Of a DNA stretch of 64,000 nucleotides, positions 24,020 to 36,377 are shown piece after piece. The DNA comes from Piromyces finnis finn (taxonomy: Eukaryota; Fungi; Neocallimastigomycota). How positions within the stretch are numbered: the first letter of the stretch is position 1; each line of letters begins with the position of its first letter. The notes beneath the pieces are model-generated. The model worked only from the letters and a program-made list of their open reading frames with translations. It made no database searches and was not told the origin of the DNA. The stretch covers positions 1 to 64,000 of the forward strand of contig MCFH01000017.1 of NCBI GenBank assembly GCA_002104945.1, given 5' to 3'. Made by a program: the position numbers and the translations under genes.

Positions 24020-24600
24020 CCATCAAAGCTCTCGGCAACGGTTGGTCTAATACTGTTGCCTGAGAGTACCTACCTTCAATCGGTCATTGGGTAAAAGTCA
24101 CAAAGTATCATCGACATGTTATTAGTAAGGAATTCTGAAAAGCCCCACACTATATGAATACGGGAAAGAAGATGCATGAGAAGAAGATTGGAAAAAAAAA
24201 AATAGTATCATTTAATTGTTTTTCTTTCCAACGACTTAACGCATAAAATTATTGCTCTTACGCCAAAAAAAAAAAGGATACACATAATACATAAAAGTTT
24301 AAGAGTGCCTTTAAAAAGTCATTTTCTGTCGCACTCAGATGGTTCAACTTTTTTTTTTTTTTCATGAACCATCCGTAAAAAAAAAATATATATATATATA
24401 TAAAAGATATCCTCTACATGATATTTGTCAAATTTTGAATATGGTAACAGTAAAAACCAGGAACACTGTTAATTCTCTTACCACAACAAGGACATATGTT
24501 GAGATAGGTGTCTATACTACTTAATATTATACTACCACTGTAAAAATCACAAATCTATAGTACCTTAAAATGACTATAGAATTCCAAAAAATTTCATAAT
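24020..24600. ncRNA. Candidate structured non-coding RNA island, unidentified
   Basis: Visibly more GC-rich than its flanks, no credible ORF, and at least five hairpins (ctctcggcaacgg/ctgttgcctgagag; gagtgc/gcactc; gatggttca/tgaaccatc; aacagt/actgtt; ctatagt/actatag). No known family matched convincingly. Confidence 0.3.
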
Positions 24601-25387
24601 ATAAAAAATTAATAAACAAATTATATAATACACTAAAAAAAATTGACCAGTTTCCTTTCTCGACTTACCATTTTAAATAAAAAAATAAATAAATAAAAAT
24701 GCTTTTAAAATCATTATATGTATTTATTATCAAGAAAAATTGCACAATACTTTTTTTTTTTTCAGCTACTATTAAAAGTAGTCCTTTTACCAATATAAAC
24801 ATACAAAAAACTAACCATAATGCTTCTTTTTAACAATCATTTCAATAATGTAAACTTTTAAACTTAAATAATCTTTTCCTCGAAATAAATATATGTTCTG
24901 AAAACCCATAATTACTAAATTTATAAATATTACATGATATTGACCCTTCATACAAATCTCTTCACACAATTCAACTCTTATTAAATTTAAAAATAAAAAA
25001 AAAAATACTCTATAAACTTGAAATGCTTATTTTTCAAAAGAATATATATATATATGGAATTAAAAAATATTTATTTCTATTAAAAATCTATATTAGCTTT
25101 GCTTGATTTAACGTAAATTTAGGTACAGATATAATTTTTCATCTCTTCATGTCAACTTATTCTTTCACTTAAATTTTTTTCGTTAACTTTTGTTTCACTT
25201 AAAACGCTCTTTCTTTTTCAACACTTGATTTTTATAAATATTTTTATGAATAAAAAATTCTTTATTATTGCAAAAATAAATTTTACAATATTTATTTCTA
25301 TAATTCCTTACAATTAAATCAATATATATCTTGCGATAATATTTAACTATATTGAATTATTTATTACAATGGTTGTTTTTAAATCAT

Positions 25388-25804
25388 TTATTCTTGAGAC
25401 TTGATGATATCAGAGTCACCAGCATCAGTGATAGATAAGACACCAACACGGAAGTATTTACCACAAGCAGTACCAAGATCGATATTGTCTATTTTTATTA
25501 TAACATTACATTTTTATTAATTTCACTGAAACTTTATCATATAATTTTCAATTATTACACATATAAGATACTTACTTCCATTGTAGTGGTGGACACCGGT
25601 CTTAGAAAGCATAGCGTAGTATTCGAGTTCAGACTTTCTGAGTGGTGGGCAGTTACCGGAGATGATAACTAACTTGGACTTACCTTGACGGAGGGTCTTT
25701 AAGGTTTGCTTGTAACCAAGAGAGTACTTACCACTCTTCATGACAAGGGCAAGACGGGAGTTAATGGATTCAATAGACTTCTTAGACTTCTTTTGGGCAG
25801 CCAT
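25388..25804 (-). CDS. RPL30: 60S ribosomal protein L30 (eL30)
   Basis: Exon 25804-25576 ([36 protein letters not shown]...HHYNG) and exon 25488-25388 ([33 protein letters not shown]). There is a probable 5'UTR intron at ~25810-26090. Confidence 0.97.
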
Positions 25805-26149
25805 TGTTCTATTTAAGTTATTAAAATATAGAATTTACATTAATACTTTCATTCAAAATACTTTCAACAATTCATCCATCCCTACTTCTGAATGTTGTTA
25901 TTAGTCTTTTCATTATGTATATCTTTGTTAAACGACAAAGATTCAAATACATTTAACTATCAACAAAATTCATCATTATAACATTTTAAAATATAAACAT
26001 CTTATGCAACTAATAAAAAAACACATTCATTCATTATTTAACATTAAATTAAAACATTCATTCATCATTTCATAATAATTATAAAGGCTTACATTAATTT
26101 CCTGAACGTCTAATAAACGAACACAAGGAATTTTTTATTAAAGTAAAAA

Positions 26150-26240
26150 GGAGGAAATATCTAAATTAAGTTGCTCGTTCTATTATAAACTTAGCCACAT
26201 TTCAAAATATATTTGGTTGGTTTTAATGATCTCTGATTGG
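26150..26240 (-). promoter_or_regulatory. RPL30 core promoter: CCAATCA box and pyrimidine-rich putative TSS tract
   Basis: Plus-strand tgattgg at 26234-26240 lies ~80 nt upstream of the minus-strand tttcctccttttt tract. The same arrangement occurs at RPL41 and RPS10. Confidence 0.45.
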
Positions 26241-27110
26241 ATTTCATTTACGCCAAATTGATTATTTATACTCTAATATATAGTATAAATATATTAACTT
26301 TTTGAAATTTTTATAAGAGGTTTTAGACACTTTTTGATTATCAAGCCACATAATTGTCTTATTTTCAAGGAAATTTTATTTTATATTTCTTTTTTTTTTA
26401 ATTGCCACGAGAATAATATTATTCAGTATTCATCAAGTAATAATAACTTCATTATTAAATAAAATATCTTAAAAGCCATAAAAAGCAATAATTTTTTAAT
26501 TAATTTATTAGAATTATAATTATATAAGCAAATTACAAGCCATTTCAGTTAAAAAATAAAGCATTAATCCTTTTATTTTTATAAACACTTTAATTTTGTT
26601 CTTGCATCATCCTGTAGTTTTTCTATTATCTTTTTTTTTTTTTTTTTCTATTTATTTATACAATTCTCTTTATTTTTATTAGTAGTAGTGTTGTAATGGT
26701 TTTATGTCTAAAGGTATGAATTCTTTACGATTAAATAACAAAACAAATGAGAATTCATTATTTTTATTTATAGATTAAGAATAATTTTATTAATAAAAAG
26801 GTAATATAAAAGTGTATTATTATTATTATTTAATAATAATAATAATAATAATAATAATTATGATATGATATTCATCTTCAAAACACTATCTATTTACTAA
26901 CTATTACTACTTTATAAAAAGAAAAAGGGATAAACTAAAAATGAATAACAAAAAAAAAATTATACTTTTTATTAATAAAAAAAATTTAAAATTTATATAT
27001 ATAAATACATTATATATGTCCTTTTTTTTTTAATATAAAAAAATAATAATAAATATTTAATCTAATATTTATTTTTTAATAAAAAAAAATATAACAAAAA
27101 TGATAATTAT

Positions 27111-28249
27111 TTATTGTTGATCCTTTAAAAAGATTTCCAAGAAATCAACAATAATTGGTTCTTTTAAAGCACCAAGTTTAAATTCTGTTAATTCCTATGT
27201 TTTTTTTTTTTTTAGAAAATATGCATACATATAGATATATTCAATGAAATTTAAAGTTAGAAATGGTTTAAAAAAAAATAAATTTTTCAATAAATACATA
27301 CTAATTGTTCATTTCCATCGACATCTAAATCTTCAAATAAACATTGAACCATATTTTTCATTTTTTGTTCACCTTCTCCATCATCTGGATATAATGTTTT
27401 ATACTTTTTATTATTGAAAATAATAATAAGAAGAAGATATATATATAAATAATTAAAAATTTGAATGTATGATTTATAAATATGTAATTAAATTATAATA
27501 TGAAACATGTAAATATAAGTTTACCATATAACAAGTGAATTCTTCTAATTCTTTTCTTGTTAAATATCCTTTGTGTTCAATATCATAAATCCTAAATGAT
27601 ACTATAAAATAATTAATAGTGAATTTAATTTATATATATGAATTAACTAAATAAAAAAAAAACTTACATTCCATTTTTTCATCTGTGCTGCCTTTTAAGA
27701 TGATAGAGAGTCCTTTAATAAATTCTCTAAAATCAATACTATCATTGTGATTTTCGTCAAAAGCATCAAAAAGTCTTTGTAAAAATAATTGTTTGGATTT
27801 ATTTGAAAAACTTTCTACATGGCATGTCATAATCTTTATGAAAAAAAAAAAAAAGTATAAAAATTAATTAATTTTTTTTTTAAATATATGTATTTAACAT
27901 AATATTAAGAGATAATATTGTTATTATTGTTGTCATTACCTCCATAAATTGGGATTTTTTGATTTCATGATTTTTATCAGATACTTTACTAAATTTCTCA
28001 TTTAATTTTTGAATTTCAGCCTCCGAAACTTAAAAAATTACAAAAAAAAAAAAATTTTTTTAATAACTCTATATTACCTTTGTTATTATTGTTATTGTTG
28101 TTGTTATTACTATTATTATTATGTTTATTGGATCAATGTATTGTATAAATAATCAAAACATTGTTCCTACTTTTTAATATATGTTAAAATAAAAGCTTAC
28201 AATGAGATATTTTTGAAAGGCATTTATACTCATCATTATTATTTCCCAT
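27111..28249 (-). CDS. EF-hand calcium sensor, NCS-1/frequenin/calcineurin-B-like, with N-terminal MG
   Basis: Six exons: MGNNNDEYKCLSKISHF / SEAEIQKL... / RLFDAFDENHNDSIDFREFIKGLS..KGSTDEKME / LSFRIYDIEHKGYLTRKEL / LFEDLDVDGNEQL / ELTEFKLGALKEPIIVDFL...*. Confidence 0.88.
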
Positions 28250-30096
28250 TATTGGCGATACAATTAAATCTTTTTTTTTTTTAATACGGAAAAGTTTAAA
28301 AATAAAGTACAATGGCAACTTTTAGTTCTATTGTTTTTATATAATATATATATATATATTTGAAATTGTTAATAAATGAATAATATTTTCTATATATATA
28401 AAAAGAGGAATAAGAAAAAAAAAAAAAAAGTAAATATAATATAGTAATAATAATATTTGATTCGTTTTTTTTTATCCTTTAATATTTTTAACTTAAGAGT
28501 AGTATTGATAAATGGATCATCCACTTTTTAAATTTGGTATTAATAAGAATATTTTCTTAATATTTATAAATTTTATTTCTCTATCAATAATTATAATATT
28601 TTTTTTTTTTAGTTTTTATTAGGTTTTACTTTATGAAAAAGTGTTGTAGTGTTAATACCGCAAAATTCTTAAAGCTTTTTTTATCATTCTTATGTTTTAT
28701 TTGAAAATTTTCATATTACTATTATTATTTCCAACAAAAAAAAAAAAAATTCCTTAATGTTTTAAAAAAATATTTTTATATTTATTTTCCTTATTGTTGT
28801 TGTTATTCACAAATTCTTAGAATAGTTGTCAATAAACTATTATTATTTTTTATTTGTTCATTTAAAATTATTAATAATTCTTTCAATTTACACAATAACA
28901 TAGAATAACAAGAAGAATATATATATATATTTTGATGTTGGTGTTGGTGTTGTTATTATTATTGTTAGGCGTTAAATAATCCTTTTTAAAAAAAAATAAA
29001 AAATAAAAAATAAAAAATAAAAATTAAAATAAAAAATAATCTATATATTTACTTTTAATATGATTAACAAAAAAAAAATAACAATTAAAACTAAAACTTT
29101 TATGAATTAATACATTTATCTTTGTTTTTTTGTTTTTTAAAAAATTAAATATTTTTAATAAATATTTCCATAAGTTTAAATATTTATATTAATAAAAAAT
29201 AAACTTTTTTCTTGCTTATATATATAATTATTAAGATTTAAAGCAATATTATTCTGTAATTCTACTTTTATAAATACATTCATAATAAATTCTTTAAAAA
29301 AAAAAAAAAGGAAGAAAAAGACAGATATATTTTACCTCTTTTTTTTTTCTTATTATTATTACAATTCTTTTCTTTTTTTTTATTTTAATGAAAAAAAATT
29401 AAAAAGGATAAAGAAATAAATGACAATTTTTTTTTTCTTTATCCTATGAACCTTTTGAATATAAAAAATATATATATGCACTGTACATAAAAAATAAGAT
29501 TTTTAAAATTCTCAAGCTTTAATATTTAATGGAATTCCCATAATATAAATGTCAGTAGATTTCAAATATAATTATTTTTAGCAAAATTATATAAATTATA
29601 TATATCATTGCATAAGGATACAAACGTTTCAATAATTAAAGAATTTTAACATCTATATAATCTGCCCATCTATATATATATATATATACCTATCCGATAT
29701 ATCTATGATATTTGTGATAATATAAAATAAAAATAACAATTCTATAAAATAATATTTTTTTTTCTTACCACGAATTCAATGATATATGAAATGTAACCTT
29801 TCTCTACGACACGACACTTTCTTTAATAAGTTTATCTTTTTTTTTTTTTTTAATATTTCATAATAATCTAAATGGTTAGAATGAATCAAATTTTCATTTA
29901 AAATATTATATTTTTAAATTTTTCTCGATATCCATAAATTTCTTTTTTTATTTGAATTTTTTTTTTAATTTATTTAATAATATTTATATTATAATTATTA
30001 TTATTTAACTATTTTTTTTTTTTTTAATGAAAGTAAAATTTGATTAAAATAACATTTTAGATATTTTAAAAGTTAAAATAACAAAAAAAAAAAAAA

Positions 30097-30142
<46 letters not shown>

Positions 30143-30424
30143 CTTAAAATTAATATTCATAATTTAAAAATAATGTTTTAAATTTTTAAAATTTGTAACA
30201 AATTTTGTAAGTCCCTTCATTCCCTTCATATAAAATAAAAAAAAAATATTAAAAGTACATATAAAATGAAAAACCTTTTTGTTTTGTTTCTAATATTATT
30301 ATTTTTATTCTTTATCCTAATAAATTAATTTACAGAATAATATAAATATTTACATCCAGTCGACAAAAATTGTTTTATATATATAAAGAAAGGAAAGAGG
30401 AGGAGGAAAAAAAAAAAAAAAAAA

Positions 30425-31450
30425 ATGGACCATAAAAAAGAAAATTTATTTACAGACGAAGATATCAATTTTTTTCAAAAACCATATAGTGAAAATTCAC
30501 CATACAATATGGTGAAAATGGCAGCTGTTGAACCGGTTTGTTTTTATCCTAATAGAAAATATATAAACGAATTTAACCAACGTCAAATTAATACAACGAA
30601 ATTAGCAGATTATCTTTATCAAAAAGAAAATGAAAAAGAAGAAAAAGAAAAAGATGGTATATTATTTAAAATTAAACAACCTTATTTACAACCAGATTAT
30701 TATAATTCAACACTGGTTCATACCATGCCAATAATTACTGTTTTACCAACAAATTGCATTCACGAAAATACCAAACAGTATAAACAATACGAAATTCACC
30801 ACTATGAAGAACCAGCCTGGACAAAAGCTGAAAAAGAACTATTTAATGTTCTCTACAAAACAATAGGAAAAAATTTTTATAAAATAGCCAAAGAATTTGA
30901 AAATAGAGCCACAACCATAGTATTACCATCAACCATCCTAAAGCATAGTAAACTAAATATCACCACCAAAGAAACTGAAAATAATTGTTTGACCAATGTG
31001 ACGGCAGTGAAGCCAATAGCTTTAGATACAGAAACAGCAGCTGTGTCTACCGAAGAAAATAGTTTTTATGGAAAAACTAAAAAGGTAAATAGATTAAATA
31101 ATACCTATTGTGTAAATATTAAAAGGAAATAAAAACTTTTTAACACTATTACCACATCAATAAATATTTAATTATGTTAGCGAAAACTTACAAAAGACGA
31201 CAAAATTGGAATGAAAACTACGCAAGATCATAGCTTTAATTGTCAAATGATACCAAGTCAAAATAATAATACACTCTACTTACTTGTACATAATGTAGAT
31301 GATATTCAACCACAAACAATTGAAAAAGAATCTATGATATTTCCTAGAACAACATCTGAAATAATTCATTATTATTATAAATATAAATTTAATATACCAA
31401 ATTGGAAAGATCATAAGGAAGTAAAAAATAAACTAAAAAAAATAAAATAA
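30425..31450 (+). CDS. SANT/Myb-like domain protein (N-CoR/Snt1-type motif)
   Basis: WTKAEKELFNVLYKTIGKNFYKIA in exon 1. A phase-0 intron 31085-31180 (AAG|gtaaat ... tgttag|CGA) joins it in frame to ORF 31211-31450 containing RTTSEIIHYYYKYK. Confidence 0.65.
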
Positions 31451-31853
31451 AATATTAATACCATAATTGTATAAATAAATAATTAAAAATAAATATTCCC
31501 AATATTTTAAATTCCCATTTTTCTTTTCATTTATTAATAAAATATTTACCAAAACAAAATATACACAATATACATCATTTTAATTTTATTACACACTCTA
31601 CACAACAATTTATAAATTATCACAACGTTTTTAATATTTGTTTTTGTATCATTTGAACGTTTATTAAGTATTAAAAATTCCAAACGTAAAAGTTTATCAC
31701 TTTGGAAATTAATCTAGAGTAGTAATCTAATGCGATGTTATCCTTAATGACTTTAGTAAACTAGATACATTCGATTTCAATGTAGCGTTCAAAAATTTCA
31801 ATAATCGGAGATTAAATTCATCTTTGGAGAAGCTATACAGAATCTTGAGCAGC

Positions 31854-32041
31854 TTATTTGGATCTGGCTCTCATCTTTCTTCTTTTACGCTTTAATCTTC
31901 TCTGTCTCTTCTTTCTCCACTATTTTATTCAATTATTTATAAAAAATTTACAATATTAATATACCATTTTTTTTAAATTTTTATTCATTTATTTTAATTA
32001 TTTCATAATTTATTTTTTTCGAATTTTACCTTATCTCTCAT
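31854..32041 (-). CDS. RPL41: Ribosomal protein L41 (eL41), 25 aa, absent from the ORF track
   Basis: Exon 32041-32030 (MRDK) and exon 31919-31854 (WRKKRQRRLKRKRRKMRARSK*) with a GT-AG intron. Confidence 0.96.
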
Positions 32042-32902
32042 TTTTAACAATAAGCTAAAAGGAAGAACAAAATATTTAGGTTTGATAAATTTCTTAAATA
32101 CATATTGTATTTATTAATTCTTTTCTGTGATTGGTATTTTAAAATAATTTTATCCAATAAAAAAACTAATTATATTAATAGTAATATATATAATCTAACC
32201 CTATTATAGTAAAAATTTTTAAAGTTTCTTTCCTACATTTTAAAATTTACTACATTTACATTAACAATCGATGATTATAAAAATGTTTTTGAAAAAATGA
32301 AAAAATACTAAAAAAATATAAATATATTTTAAAGTTTTACATTTTTTTGATATAATGTTTATTTGATCAATACTTAGAAGAAGCCTGGGTCAAAAAATAC
32401 CAATGCCAAAGAAACTTTTTTTAAAGAGAAAAAAATATAGTATTATAAATTATAATATTATTTTTTTTAAAATAGAGGAAAATAAAAATATGAATATATA
32501 TTTAATAACAAAAATGTTCCAATTCTTTTAGTTATTTAAAACATTTTATTCTTTTTATTTATTATATTTAATATTATATTAATTGATAATAGATATATAT
32601 ACTTTTTGAAAAAAAAAAAAAGTTTATTATTTTTATTTTTTATTTAAAAAAATGAAAATAAAAAAACTAATTAAGGATGAATAATTGAATACTATTTACT
32701 TATTGTAATGATTACTAATTTTTTAAAAAAAAAATAAAGAAAAATAGTTTATTTTTTTTTTCTTTTTACTATTAATGATATATTATTTAATTTTTAATTT
32801 TATTTTTAACTTATATTATTATTAATTTCCATTGAATCATAAATTTTACGTTTATAAAAATATTTTAATATTAAAAATAATAATCGATATTTGGAAAAAA
32901 AA

Positions 32903-34498
32903 TTAACCAAAAGTGGCCCTTGCTGAATCAATTTCCTTTTCTATTTTTAATTGTTCTTTAAAGTGAAGAATTGAAAAGTAGAACGCAACTATAAATAACA
33001 AAGCCATGACACATTCAATTAAAATATATTGAAGTAAACCAGATTTAATAGCTTTTACGATAATTCTTGCACAACCTTCATCTTTAATATCTGATTCAGT
33101 ATATGAATTAGGATCCTTTGATTTATATAAATTCTTTAAATCTTGTGCAGGATCTGTAGTGTTAGCAGTGCCTGCGCCTGTTGTATCTTGTCTTTTATTT
33201 AATTTATTTATTGCATCTGAATCAAGATAATTAAAAGTATTAAGCATAGCAGATGAAGTTTTAAGAGTTAAAGTGGTAGAAGCAGTATCTGGCATACACA
33301 TAGATGTAGTAAGACCATGATCAACTACGGAAAGATAACCACAACATTGATATACTTCTTGAATGGTTTGTTTTTCGGCATCACTTAATACATCTATCCA
33401 TTTATACCTCATTTGTATCAAAGGATTGAAATAAATCTTTAAGAATAAAAATATAATAATGATTTGAACAATAAATCCAAAAACAAGGAAGACTGAATAA
33501 GTAATTAATAATGATGTCCATTTTTTATGATAAGCAATATAACCAGTCAAACCGATTAAGAGCATAAATACTGAGAAAAAGATAAAACCAAAGGAATCTT
33601 CACTTGAAATATCATGAATTTTACTTTCTGTTAATCCACCCTCTCTTAAAACAATGAATGCAATAGCTAATGAAACACTAGCTACCATAAATACAATACC
33701 CAATGAAAAAATAAAATTTGGATTTTGTGGTTTTAATAAAAGTTTGCTATCAAAAACTGGCTTAGCTAATAATGAATTTCTATAAGCACTATGTACATTC
33801 ATACCACCATATGAATTTAATTTTTTTGCTTTATCGTTTTTTGTACTAAACTTTCTACTGATACTTCTATTTACGATATCTACAAATTTTGATTTTATAC
33901 TAGAAGCACGACTAGATGCACGACTTACTGAAGAATTTGACTTTTTAGGAAAAACTGGTGGTGCTGGTGGAGGTGGAATATCCTTTTGAGAATATGTTCT
34001 TCTTTGTTGAATATTATTATTAGCTTGCATATTATTATTTGGATTACCACCTACTGGATTTGGAGGAGGATTAGATAATTGAGCTATTGGTAAAGTAGTT
34101 GGTTGATTTCTAATTATATTTTGTTGATTGGTATTTTGTCTTTGTTGTGGTAAAATTGGGGCTTGATTTGGTGAATTGTGTTTTACTGGAGAAGGGAATT
34201 GAGGATTATTACCAGAACGTTGTGGTATAGATGGTTGATTTGGCATTGGAGGTCTTTGCATATTTTGTGTTGGGAATTGTTGAATTTGGTTTGGTATTGC
34301 AGAGCCATTTCTTTGAGGTACAGGCCTATTATTTGGGTTAGCACCATTATTTATTGGAGGTCTATTTACTGTTGGACCACCAACTGGAGGAGGTCTTGCA
34401 TTAGCAACATTATTCCACATATTTTGATTTGATTGAATTGGATAATTATTAGCCCTTGGTGGAATCTCCGGTTTTGGATTTTGATTATTTGATTGCAT
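32903..34498 (-). CDS. Tetraspanin-like protein with long Pro/Asn/Gln-rich N-terminal extension
   Basis: Three TM segments, an EC2 loop with QCCGY, MC and EGC cysteines, and a fourth TM near the C-terminus. The N-terminal ~250 aa are low-complexity and Pro-rich. Confidence 0.85.
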   Translation of the reverse strand: MQSNNQNPKPEIPPRANNYPIQSNQNMWNNVANARPPPVGGPTVNRPPINNGANPNNRPVPQRNGSAIPNQIQQFPTQNMQRPPMPNQPSIPQRSGNNPQFPSPVKHNSPNQAPILPQQRQNTNQQNIIRNQPTTLPIAQLSNPPPNPVGGNPNNNMQANNNIQQRRTYSQKDIPPPPAPPVFPKKSNSSVSRASSRASSIKSKFVDIVNRSISRKFSTKNDKAKKLNSYGGMNVHSAYRNSLLAKPVFDSKLLLKPQNPNFIFSLGIVFMVASVSLAIAFIVLREGGLTESKIHDISSEDSFGFIFFSVFMLLIGLTGYIAYHKKWTSLLITYSVFLVFGFIVQIIIIFLFLKIYFNPLIQMRYKWIDVLSDAEKQTIQEVYQCCGYLSVVDHGLTTSMCMPDTASTTLTLKTSSAMLNTFNYLDSDAINKLNKRQDTTGAGTANTTDPAQDLKNLYKSKDPNSYTESDIKDEGCARIIVKAIKSGLLQYILIECVMALLFIVAFYFSILHFKEQLKIEKEIDSARATFG

Positions 34499-36293
34499 TG
34501 TTGATATTATTAAATTTAATTATACACTGTTATAAAATGACTAAAATAATTTGTTTAATATATGTATGTATTTTTTTTTTTTAGTAAAAAAAAAAAAAGC
34601 TGGATAGTATTTAAATATAACTATTATTTATATCTAATTATTTTATTCTATATTTTCAATATTATAAATGATTCAATTTAATAAAGAAAAATTATTTTTA
34701 TTATTCTTAATAATAATATATTCTTTAAAAAATATATATAACTAAACTGATGAAATAATTATTAAATGTTTTAATTTATGATTATTTTTGAATTTACTAA
34801 AATTAGATATAATATTTGTTGATAATTAAAATATATACTTTATATTTTTCCACTTTATATTATTCTTAAAAATATAATTGATAAATAATATTTCAAGAAT
34901 AAAAATAATAAATATTAAATCAATTTAAATTAATAGTATCCTTTAGTATATTATTTATGATATTTTAATTATATTTTTTTTTATTCCTCTGACAATATTT
35001 ATTTTCTATTAAAAAAATAAATATATAATGATGTTTATGTTTTTTGTTTGTTTCTCTTTTTTTCTTTTTTGTTTTTGTTTGTTTTGCTTTTATTTTTTGT
35101 TTTTGTTTTTTTCAATTGGAACGATGGAATTATACTCGTTTTTTTTATATAGGTTGAAATATACTATCTTTATTATTTATTTAAAATTCATATATCTATA
35201 AAACTAACATAAATTAAAACATGTTTTTTCAACTCAATTTATATATATGATTTCAAATAATACTAAAGATTCTACTAAATAAAAAAGGGCACTTTTTTTT
35301 AAAAAATTTTTTAAAAAAAAGAAAATATTAAATGAACTACCAAAAATAGTTTTTTATTTTAAAATATATATTGGTATTAAATAGTGGGTGGTGATGAAAA
35401 TGAAAAAACTATCAATTGTTATCTATTTAATAATTTATTAATAAATAATATATATATTTTTTAATATATAAAATTTTTATATAATTTTAATATTAATTTT
35501 TTTTTCTATAATAAAAGGACTGTTACAATTTCATGTCAATTTACAATACAATATACAATACAATATAAATTTATTTTGTATTAAAGTTTATTAATTAGGA
35601 AAAAGAAGAAGGAATTTTTTAATTTCATTAATTTAAAGAAATTATAAATATAATATATATTGTAATTGTAGTACATAATATATTATAATATATTTTGAAT
35701 TAGATTTATTCAATTGAAAATAAATTCGAGATTCTATTAAATTGAATTTTCTTTTTCGTCATATATAAAGGTAAAAGAGGAAAAAACTAGACCGATGAAT
35801 GACAAGGATTAATTCTATTATTATTCTAATATATTAATTTTATAGTATATTTAATACAATATATTGTTAATATATGATAAAGTAAAAAATTATAGTTCAA
35901 TTAAAAGAAATTCCAAAAAAAAAACTAATTTATTAAAAATTAATTTATTATTACCTATAATACAATTGGAATTAATATATGAGTATCAATTTTTAATATA
36001 TTATTTAATTAATTTAATATGTTTGAATATATTATAAATTTAATTTATTATATTTAACTTTTCTTGTCAAATATAATCTTATAATTTAATATTTATATTA
36101 ATTTAACTATTTTAAATTTATTTAAAAATCATTCCATTATATATCATTATATATTGAATATATTACAGATTATATATTATTATATATAATAAACTGTTAT
36201 TAAAAATATTAAGAATTTAATATAAAATAAATAGACGCATTATTAAAGTCATTTAAAAGTCTTTTTTTTTTATGAGCTTAATAGAAACTGCTT

Positions 36294-36377
36294 GCACTTT
36301 GCTTGCATGGTATAAAAATAAATCCTAAGCACTTTATCTTTATTTTTATGCAATGCAAGCAAAGTGCTTAGGGTTTA
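36294..36377. other. Intergenic long hairpin with an alternative pairing
   Basis: gcactttgcttgcatggtataaaaataaa (36294-36322) pairs with tttatttttatgcaatgcaagcaaagtgc (36339-36367). The loop-spanning taaatcctaagcacttt can instead pair with aaagtgcttagggttta (36361-36377). Confidence 0.6.

Noticed and set aside
24030-24110. TPP riboswitch suggested by CTGAGA after a hairpin
   Set aside because: The downstream CUGAUC/GAUAAUACCAGCG sensor-arm motifs are absent.
24110-24180. Assignment of the island as RNase MRP or U12 snRNA
   Set aside because: Only partial motifs match. No GGGGCU partner for P4 is present downstream and there is no U12 5' UGCCUUAAA. It is kept only as an unidentified candidate.
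35114-35125. AATTGGAACGAT match to U6 snRNA
   Set aside because: No ACAGAGA box or any other U6 sequence flanks it; likely chance.
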